DNA of 64,000 bases, from NCBI GenBank assembly GCA_963702005.1, contig OY969696.1:1120001-1184000 (forward strand), given 5' to 3'. Positions 1 to 7,233 of the stretch are shown here, piece after piece (position 1 is the stretch's first letter; every line of letters begins with the position of its first letter). The notes beneath the pieces were generated by a model that was not told the origin of the DNA, ran no database searches, and was given only the letters and a program-made list of their open reading frames with translations. A program made the position numbers and the translations under genes. This DNA comes from Candidatus Aminicenantes bacterium (lineage in GTDB: Bacteria; Acidobacteriota; Aminicenantia; Aminicenantales; JAFGBC01).

Positions 1-90
1 GCCTTCAGGCCGGGGAGTCGATGATTTGACAGCCGGGGCGGTATCTCTCCGGTCCGGCCCTGGAGCGCCGCGTCGTCCCTGAAGGCCGCC

Positions 91-120
91 TTGACAAACC
101 GCAGGGCCCGGCGGTATCCT
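91..120 (+). promoter_or_regulatory. putative sigma70 promoter for the 213..2447 gene
   Basis: TTGACA (91-96), 18-bp spacer, TATCCT (115-120). Confidence 0.45.
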
Positions 121-212
121 CGGCGCATAGACAACATCATGACCCCCAATCGACGGCCGGTGTCTCCGCGCTTGGGCCGCGGCCCGCGCGCGGGCGGGGG
201 AAGGGAGGTCGC

Positions 213-2447
213 TTGAACGATCGTCGAAGGATTATTGGCGCTTCTGTGCTAGTTGTTTTGCTATTGACCGCGACCGCGTTCGCTGACCAGGCCTTGACCT
301 GGAACAGAATCGGCCGCGGCGGACTCGACGGACCGTATAGTCCGATTCAATATGGCCCGGGAGCCTCATGCCTATTCAACGGCAAGCTGTATTACGGCAC
401 CGAGGGCGGTTGGTCGTTTGGCGGCCAAATCTGGTGCTATGACGGACATGACTGGGTCATAGTCCATAAGCCAAAAGCGGGCAAGCCGCGCATCACCTCC
501 GTTACGGCCCTGGCCGTCCTCGGAGATTATCTCTACGCCGGCATGAACCTCACCGACAACTCTTGCCAGGTCTGGCGCACAAAAGGGACGGGGAAGCCCC
601 CCTATCAATGGACAAAAGTCAGCGGTCCGGCGAATATCGAGAATGACGACGCCGAAGAAGTGCCTTCGATGACGGTCATCAAGAGCCTTCTTTATGTGGC
701 CGCACGAAGCAGCAACTATGGCTGCCAGGTCTGGGCGTACAACGGCAGCGCTTGGAGCCAGGTCGTCGGGCAAGGCCCCTCGGGGTCTCCCACCGGACCG
801 GGCTTCGGCACCAAGGATAATTACAATGCGCCGTCCATGGTCTCGTCAGCCGCCGGCGACCTCTATGTGGGGACGTCCAATTCCAAAGGCGCCGAGGTCT
901 GGCGCAAGAATAAATCGGGTTGGGCCAAGCTCAACAATCCGGGCTTCGGCACGTCCAAAAATTACATCGTTAATGTCTTGATCTTTTTCAAGAACAGCCT
1001 CTACGCGGGTACCAGGAATTGGGATCAAGGCTGCCAAATCTGGAAATACCTCGGGCCGAGCCCCTCGAACTGGAAAGCGGTCGTCAAGGGCGGCTTGGGC
1101 GATCCCAAAAATGAGACCGTGGCGTCCGCGGCCGTCTTCGGGACCCCCGGCTACCTTTTCTTCATAACGGAAAACAGAGAATCAGGCTGCCAGGTCCTGA
1201 GGACGAACGGAACAAAGTGGGAGAAGGCCAACAAGAGCGGATTCGGAGAGGGACACGCCAATCCCTGGGGGACCAATTTGATCGTCTTCAACGGCGAGCT
1301 CTATAGCGGCGTGGACAGCTGGTTCGGCGCCCGGATCTACGCGACGAGCGGCGGCTCCAAGCTCCCCTTCGCCTGGACCCTGGTGAACGAAAACGGCTTC
1401 TCCACCAACGACAACGAAGATGCCCCGTCCGCGGCCATCTTCGGCGGACGGCTCCACATCGGGACCTTCAACGGCCTGGGCTGCGAGGTCTGGCGCTATG
1501 AAGGGAACGGCTGGATCCAGGTCGCCTCGAGCGGTTTCGGAGATCTGAACAACTCTGAAGCGATGTCCATGGCCTCCGCCGGCGGCTTTCTCTATGTCGG
1601 GACCTACAACGGGGAAACGGGAGCCGAGATCTGGCGCTACGACGGGTCCAAATGGACCCAGGCCAATAAAAACGGATTCGGGGACGCGTCGACGGAAAAT
1701 GCGCAAGCGATGATCGTATATCAAGGAAAGCTCTATGTCGGGACCGAGAGCTATAAAACCAAGGGCAAGGTCTGGCGCTGCGACGGCCCCGGGGCCTCCC
1801 AATGGACGCAGGTCAACACGAACGGATTCGGCGTCTCCCACACCATCGGCGTCAATACGTTCGTCGTCTTCAACGACAAGCTCTACGCGGGGACCTACGA
1901 TTCCAACGATCCCTGCCGCGTCTGGAGATACGACGGCCCCGGCCCGACCGGTTGGACGGCGGTCAGCCTGGAAGGTTTCGGCAACAAGGACAACCACGAG
2001 GTCAATCAGCTGGCCGTCTATAAGGGAGCCCTCTATGCGTTAGTCTGGAACGCCGCCATGACCGGCTGCGAGGCATGGCGATACTCCGGAAGCGGAACGA
2101 TCTGGTCCAAGGTCAACGTCAGCGGATTCGGGAAGCAAAACAACAGCTCCGCCTACAGCATGCTCGCCTTCTCGAATAAGTTGTACGTCGGCACCGTGAA
2201 CGGGACGAACGGAGGCGAAATCTGGGCGTATGACGGGAGCGTCTGGAGCCAGGCGAATAAGAGCGGGTTCGGAACCAACAATAATAGGTCGATTTCCGTT
2301 CTCATCAGCGACGGCGGCAATCTCTATACCGGGACGAACAACAGCGCGACCGGCTGCGAGGTCTGGACGACCGGGGCGGGGAGCTCGAGCCCCCTGATCT
2401 GGCGGGCCAGCCCGTTTTCGGCCCCCCGGAAGCCCCGGCGGCGGTAG
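213..2447 (+). CDS. secreted beta-propeller repeat protein
   Basis: TTG start after GGAGG; signal peptide (…TATAFA); about a dozen repeats of GFG..N.....hhVF.GKLYVGT.N...GCEVWRYDG..W..V. Confidence 0.85.
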   Translation: MNDRRRIIGASVLVVLLLTATAFADQALTWNRIGRGGLDGPYSPIQYGPGASCLFNGKLYYGTEGGWSFGGQIWCYDGHDWVIVHKPKAGKPRITSVTALAVLGDYLYAGMNLTDNSCQVWRTKGTGKPPYQWTKVSGPANIENDDAEEVPSMTVIKSLLYVAARSSNYGCQVWAYNGSAWSQVVGQGPSGSPTGPGFGTKDNYNAPSMVSSAAGDLYVGTSNSKGAEVWRKNKSGWAKLNNPGFGTSKNYIVNVLIFFKNSLYAGTRNWDQGCQIWKYLGPSPSNWKAVVKGGLGDPKNETVASAAVFGTPGYLFFITENRESGCQVLRTNGTKWEKANKSGFGEGHANPWGTNLIVFNGELYSGVDSWFGARIYATSGGSKLPFAWTLVNENGFSTNDNEDAPSAAIFGGRLHIGTFNGLGCEVWRYEGNGWIQVASSGFGDLNNSEAMSMASAGGFLYVGTYNGETGAEIWRYDGSKWTQANKNGFGDASTENAQAMIVYQGKLYVGTESYKTKGKVWRCDGPGASQWTQVNTNGFGVSHTIGVNTFVVFNDKLYAGTYDSNDPCRVWRYDGPGPTGWTAVSLEGFGNKDNHEVNQLAVYKGALYALVWNAAMTGCEAWRYSGSGTIWSKVNVSGFGKQNNSSAYSMLAFSNKLYVGTVNGTNGGEIWAYDGSVWSQANKSGFGTNNNRSISVLISDGGNLYTGTNNSATGCEVWTTGAGSSSPLIWRASPFSAPRKPRRR

Positions 2448-2460
2448 CCCAAAAAAAAGC

Positions 2461-2489
2461 TTGAAATCCGGCTTGATTCCGGCTAAGAT
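2461..2489 (+). promoter_or_regulatory. putative sigma70 promoter for the RRM gene
   Basis: TTGAAA-17 bp-TAAGAT, preceded by an A-tract. Confidence 0.55.
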
Positions 2490-2619
2490 TGGGAAGCCTA
2501 AATAAAGGCAGAGGGCACGGGCCCTATCGGTGCATACTCCTCTCCTTTATTTGGACGATTTTTAGTGTGGGACCCCCGGGGTGCCTCCCGGGGATGATCC
2601 CTCGCCAAAGGAGACGAGT

Positions 2620-2910
2620 ATGAACATCTACGTAGGCAACCTTTCTTTCAGCGTGTCCGAGGCCGACCTTAAGGAGGCCTTCGGGGCCTTCGGCGCCGTC
2701 TCGAGCGCGTCGATCATCAAGGACAAGTTCAGCGGCGAATCCCGGGGTTTCGGCTTCGTCGAGATGCCCGCCAAGGAAGAGGCCGACAAGGCCATCGCCG
2801 CCCTCAACGGCAAGGATCTCAAGGGCCGCGCCCTCAAGGTCAACGAGGCGAAGCCTCGGACGGACCGGCCGCGGAGCGGCGGGTTCGGCGGCGGCGGCCG
2901 GCGCTACTGA
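2620..2910 (+). CDS. RRM (RNP-1) RNA-binding protein with Gly-rich tail
   Basis: MNIYVGNLS (RNP2), RGFGFVEM (RNP1), GGFGGGGRRY tail; AAGGAG RBS before ATG 2620. Confidence 0.95.
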   Translation: MNIYVGNLSFSVSEADLKEAFGAFGAVSSASIIKDKFSGESRGFGFVEMPAKEEADKAIAALNGKDLKGRALKVNEAKPRTDRPRSGGFGGGGRRY

Positions 2911-3011
2911 GCGACGGGTCTGGCCGCTTGCCCCGGGCCGCGCTCGGGCATCAGCGGAGCTTCGAGCGACGCGCGTATGCCCCGAGCGGGGCCGGGTAAG
3001 AAGGAGAGCCA

Positions 3012-3224
3012 TTGCCGAAGAGCAACAGAGCCTATAAAAGCGCCAAAAGGACTAAAGAGCTCAACCGCCAGAAGAAACGGGATGAAAAACGGCGGAAGCG
3101 TAAAGATCGGCAGTCTCCCGAAGGCGGGACCCCGGACGTCGGGCTTCCCGAAGGCGAAACCCCGGACGGGGCCACGGCCGAAACTCCGGAAGGAACCGAG
3201 ACGCCGAATCCTTCCGAAGGCTGA
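3012..3224 (+). CDS. small hypothetical protein, basic N-terminus and acidic Pro/Glu/Thr repeat tail
   Basis: AAGGAG RBS before TTG; K/R-rich helix followed by PEG(G/E)TPD repeats. Confidence 0.65.
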   Translation: MPKSNRAYKSAKRTKELNRQKKRDEKRRKRKDRQSPEGGTPDVGLPEGETPDGATAETPEGTETPNPSEG

Positions 3225-3257
3225 GGAGCCTCGGCCGGGCTCGGGGCCCGGCCGTCT

Positions 3258-3458
3258 TCAGCGTTTACGGCGTCCGACCTCCGTTCCGTCATCGCAGGGC
3301 TCATCCGCGTTGTAATTCCTGGCCATCTCCGGATTGGGAGCGACCGTGCAAAAGGGGAGAGGCTCCATTTCCTTCCCGCAACAGACGGGGACGGCAGCGC
3401 CGGCCTTGACCGTTACCTGTTTATCGCAGATCCGGCACACGTAGGTTTTATCGCTCAT
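3258..3458 (-). CDS. small Cys-rich protein with desulforedoxin-like metal site
   Basis: GGAGGAAGG RBS; YVCRIC…VCCGKEM (CxxC-x14-CC) plus a tail with two further Cys. Confidence 0.75.
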   Translation of the reverse strand: MSDKTYVCRICDKQVTVKAGAAVPVCCGKEMEPLPFCTVAPNPEMARNYNADEPCDDGTEVGRRKR

Positions 3459-3539
3459 ATCCTTCCTCCGCGGACGATCGCGATCCGATCGGCATATCCA
3501 CGATACCATGCCGGCGGGCTGCTATCAAGCGGCCGGGGG

Positions 3540-5681
3540 CTACTCAGTCCCCCCCTTTTTCGACGGGGAGGTGGCGCCGCGGAGCGAGAGCTTCGTGACG
3601 AAGGCGTCGCTCCAGCCTGCTTTGGCCTTTTGGTAAGCCCCCGGACTCGTCGGGAAGTCCTTGCTCAGGGTATAGCCCGTGACATAGACCGGGCCGTTCT
3701 CGTCCACGGCGACTCCGCGTCCGAAATCGTCCGAGGACCCGCCCAGATAGGTCGACCAGGCGAGGCTGTCTCCCCCGGCTTCGATCTTCGCTGCGAACGC
3801 CTCGTACCTGCCGTGCTTGTTTTCCTGGTAGGCGTATCGCAGGGGGAAATTCCCGCTGCCGGTATGGCCGGCAACGACGGCCTGGCCGTTGTCATCGACG
3901 GCGATATCATAGACGTAATCCTGGTCCGACCCTCCCAGGTAGGTCGAATAGACAAGGCTCTTTCCGCTCGCGTCCAGTTTCGTGATACAGGCATCGATAG
4001 TCCCATTCCGGACGGACTGGAAGGGGTGTTTGAGCGGATAATCCTTGCTGCTCGTATAGCCCGCGAGATAGGCCGCTTTTCCGCCGTCCACGGCTAAGCC
4101 GTAATTGGATTCGCCCCCGCTCCCGCCTAAGTACGTCGAGTAGATAAGAGATTTTCCGGACGCGGCGAGCTTGGCCAAGAAAATATCCGATGTGCCGCGG
4201 AGCTTGGCCTGATAGGCATTCTTGACGGGAAAATTGACGCTGATGGTTTCGCCCGAGATATAGGCGGCGCCGGCGCTGTCGACGGCGATAGCGTCCCCCC
4301 AATCGTCGGCCGATCCTCCGAGATATGTGGAATAGACAAGGCCTGCGCCGTTCGGGGCAAACTTGGTCGCGAAGGCTTCGTAGCCGCCCGGCCGCGTCTT
4401 CCGAAAGGCGTTCTTCGTCGGGAAATCCGGGCTGTTGGTGGTGCCCGTGATATAAACGGCCCCGGAGTGGTCGACGCAGATCCCATCGCAGACGTCGAAA
4501 TCGCTCCCCCCGAGGAAGGTCGAGAAGGCCAGGGCGTTTCCGGCCGATGAGAGCTTGGCCACGAAAAGATCCGAGGGGCCGGCCAGGGCTCCTTGGAAGG
4601 CATTTTTCACGGGGAAATCGGAGCTCTCCGTGTCTCCCGCCACATAAGCGGCCCCGGTCCCGTCGACAGCGATGGCGTTTCCCCATTCGCGCTTTTGCCC
4701 GCCCAGGTAGGTCGAATAGACGAGGCTCTTGCCGTTGGGCGCGATTTTGGTAACGAAAGCGTCCATAGCGCCCCCCGTTACGGCTTGGAAGGGGTTCTTC
4801 GTCGGGAGATTCTTGCTGTAGGTCTCGCCGACGATGTAGACGGATTTGTCGGGGCCGAGGGCGATGGCTTCTCCGTAGTCGTCGTAAGTCCCTCCGAGGT
4901 AGGTCGAATAGATGAGGACGACCGGGTCGATGACGAGCTCGTAAGCGGGATCATAGCCCTTTGTGCTGAAACCGTATTCGTTTTCCCCGATCTTCCGGAA
5001 GATCGCTTCAACCGGAACCCGCCGTCCCCCGATGACCTGAAAACTCGTCGGACGGAGGTGTCTGAACTCCCCGGCCCCCGTCCTGACCAGGATGTTCCCA
5101 TCCCGCTCGATCTCGCTGCCCTCAACGCCCTGATACCTGAATCGGATCTCCCGGAGCTCTCCGCCCGGCCTGACCAGCCAGTCGTATTCGATCCGGCCTT
5201 CCCGGCCGTAGACCTTGAGGTCGATATTCCTGTAGACGCTTCCATAAACGACGGCCGTGGAAGTGGGGATATCCGTCCGCCAAGCCGAGGGATCGTTGCC
5301 GGTCAGGTAGTTGACCCTGTAAGCGGACGGCTCGGCGGCCCTGACCTCGGCATTCGAATTCGCGCCGATAAAAAGGAGACGCGATACGCGCCGCTCGAAG
5401 TCAGGGTCCTCCGACGTCGGCCTGACCGCATCGAAGATAAGACCCGACTTCGTGACCCAGAGCGTGGTCCCCGAAGTTCTGGCATAGTAGAGGGCCTCGG
5501 CATCAGTCTGACCCCGGTTCGGGATAAAGTACAGCGGGAGCGCCCCGCAGTCCGCGTCAAGCCTTAGCGGCTCGGACGGCGCGCGTCCCGGTCCGGACGC
5601 GAGGTCGCCCGAGGCGGAGGCACACAGAATCATGAGCGCTAATCCCACGAATAAACTCAAGGCCGGGAAACACTTCCTCAT
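3540..5681 (-). CDS. secreted SBBP (seven-bladed beta-propeller) repeat protein
   Basis: signal peptide; LPLYFIPNRGQ…LVIDP N-domain; repeated YSTYLGG…D.G.AIAVD..G.AYV.G.T.S.DFP; start placed at the second Met after AAGGAGG. Confidence 0.9.
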   Translation of the reverse strand: MRKCFPALSLFVGLALMILCASASGDLASGPGRAPSEPLRLDADCGALPLYFIPNRGQTDAEALYYARTSGTTLWVTKSGLIFDAVRPTSEDPDFERRVSRLLFIGANSNAEVRAAEPSAYRVNYLTGNDPSAWRTDIPTSTAVVYGSVYRNIDLKVYGREGRIEYDWLVRPGGELREIRFRYQGVEGSEIERDGNILVRTGAGEFRHLRPTSFQVIGGRRVPVEAIFRKIGENEYGFSTKGYDPAYELVIDPVVLIYSTYLGGTYDDYGEAIALGPDKSVYIVGETYSKNLPTKNPFQAVTGGAMDAFVTKIAPNGKSLVYSTYLGGQKREWGNAIAVDGTGAAYVAGDTESSDFPVKNAFQGALAGPSDLFVAKLSSAGNALAFSTFLGGSDFDVCDGICVDHSGAVYITGTTNSPDFPTKNAFRKTRPGGYEAFATKFAPNGAGLVYSTYLGGSADDWGDAIAVDSAGAAYISGETISVNFPVKNAYQAKLRGTSDIFLAKLAASGKSLIYSTYLGGSGGESNYGLAVDGGKAAYLAGYTSSKDYPLKHPFQSVRNGTIDACITKLDASGKSLVYSTYLGGSDQDYVYDIAVDDNGQAVVAGHTGSGNFPLRYAYQENKHGRYEAFAAKIEAGGDSLAWSTYLGGSSDDFGRGVAVDENGPVYVTGYTLSKDFPTSPGAYQKAKAGWSDAFVTKLSLRGATSPSKKGGTE

Positions 5682-5825
5682 CGGTCCCTCCTTACGCATG
5701 ATCGGACTTTATTGCCTTAGCTGCATTATTTTCTATGGCCGTGCCGGTTGTCAAGCCGGCGCTAGCGACGGGGAGCGGTTCTTTTTTATCAAATCCTGGA
5801 ATTGCACTTAGCGAGCGGCGGAAAA

Positions 5826-5854
5826 TTGACATAAACCTTTAAATGTCCTATATT
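5826..5854 (+). promoter_or_regulatory. sigma70 promoter of the gdhA operon
   Basis: TTGACA-17 bp-TATATT in an AT-rich intergenic region. Confidence 0.7.
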
Positions 5855-5902
5855 TATAAACCATTATTCCGCCCCTAACATGCAATCCTGAGGAGGATCG
5901 AT

Positions 5903-7189
5903 ATGGAGAAGAGGCCTTTTAACGCCTTCGAAATGGCTCAGCAGCAGTTCGACGGCGTAGCCGAGAAGCTCGGCCTCGAACCCTCAGTCCGAGAGCTGCT
6001 TCGCAACCCCTTGCGCGAGTACCACTTCCTGATCCCGATCCGGATGGATGACGGCGGACGCCAGGTTTTCAAAGGATTCCGCGTTCAGCATAACGACGCC
6101 CGCGGCCCGTGCAAGGGCGGCATCCGCTTCCACCCCCACGAAACGGTCGACACGGTCCGCGCCCTGGCCATGTGGATGACCTGGAAAACGGCCGTCGTCG
6201 ACATCCCGCTCGGGGGCGGCAAGGGCGGCGTCATCTGCGACCCCCACAACCTGAGCGATCGCGAGCAAGAGGCCGTCTGCCGCGGCTGGGTTCGCCAGGT
6301 TGCCATGAACGTGGGCCATGAGCAGGACGTCCCCGCCCCGGATGTCATGACCCACGGCCAGCACATGCTCTGGATGCTCGACGAGTTCGAGCGGATCCGG
6401 GGAGGGAAGTTCCCCGGCTTCATCACCGGCAAGCCGGTCGGCATGGGCGGCTCGCTGGGCCGGACCGAAGCGACCGGCTACGGCGTCATGTACGCGGTTC
6501 GCGAGGCCATGAAGGAAATCGGGCTCGATATCAAGAAGGCGGTCGGAGCCTTCCAGGGTTTCGGGAACGTCTCCCAGTACGCCGTCCGGCTCTTCCGCGA
6601 GTACGGCGGGAAGCCCGTCTGCGTCTCCTGCTGGGACCAGGCCGACCAGACGTCCTACACCTTCCGGCGCGAGAGCGGGATCGATCCCGACGAGCTCATG
6701 GCCATCACCGACAAGTTCGGCACGATCGATAAAACCAAGGCCCGGAAGGCCGGCTACGAAATCCTGCCCGGCGAAGCCTGGATCGAGCAGGAGGCCGACC
6801 TCCTCGTTCCGGCCGCCCTCGAGAACCAAGTCAGCGGAGCCAACGCCGGCAAAATCCACAAGCGGGTCAGGGTCATCGCCGAGGGAGCCAACGGGCCGAC
6901 GACCCCCGAGGCCGACCTGGTCATCCGCGAGCGCGGGATCTTCATGATCCCCGATTTCCTGTGCAACGCCGGCGGCGTCACCTGCAGCTATTTTGAGCAG
7001 GTCCAGTGCAATATGAATTTCTACTGGGGGATGAACGAGGTCCTCTCCCGGCTGGACGAGAAGATGACGGCCGGTTTCAAGGCCGTCTCCGCGCTCGCCC
7101 GCAAGCAGAACGTTTATATGCGCGACGCCGCCTACATGATCGCGATTTCCCGGGTCGCCGAGGCCTGCCGCCTCCGCGGCTGGGTCTGA
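5903..7189 (+). CDS. gdhA: glutamate dehydrogenase (Glu/Leu/Phe/Val dehydrogenase family)
   Basis: RGPCKGGIRFHP, GGGKGG, DVPAPDV, GSLGRTEATGYG, QGFGNV, EGANGP, NAGGVTCSYFE. Confidence 0.95.
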   Translation: MEKRPFNAFEMAQQQFDGVAEKLGLEPSVRELLRNPLREYHFLIPIRMDDGGRQVFKGFRVQHNDARGPCKGGIRFHPHETVDTVRALAMWMTWKTAVVDIPLGGGKGGVICDPHNLSDREQEAVCRGWVRQVAMNVGHEQDVPAPDVMTHGQHMLWMLDEFERIRGGKFPGFITGKPVGMGGSLGRTEATGYGVMYAVREAMKEIGLDIKKAVGAFQGFGNVSQYAVRLFREYGGKPVCVSCWDQADQTSYTFRRESGIDPDELMAITDKFGTIDKTKARKAGYEILPGEAWIEQEADLLVPAALENQVSGANAGKIHKRVRVIAEGANGPTTPEADLVIRERGIFMIPDFLCNAGGVTCSYFEQVQCNMNFYWGMNEVLSRLDEKMTAGFKAVSALARKQNVYMRDAAYMIAISRVAEACRLRGWV

Positions 7190-7233
7190 GCCCGGGCCGC
7201 CGGCCGCGGCCGGCGGGGGCGGACGGCAAGGAC

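Noticed and set aside
5796-5811. Sigma54 box upstream of gdhA (TGGAATTGCACTTAGC)
   Set aside because: Poor -12 match; a strong sigma70 promoter lies just downstream.
7006-7233. N-terminal extension of the 1002-aa ORF overlapping gdhA
   Set aside because: Off-frame read of the gdhA 3' end; the RBS-preceded ATG at 7234 is the plausible start.
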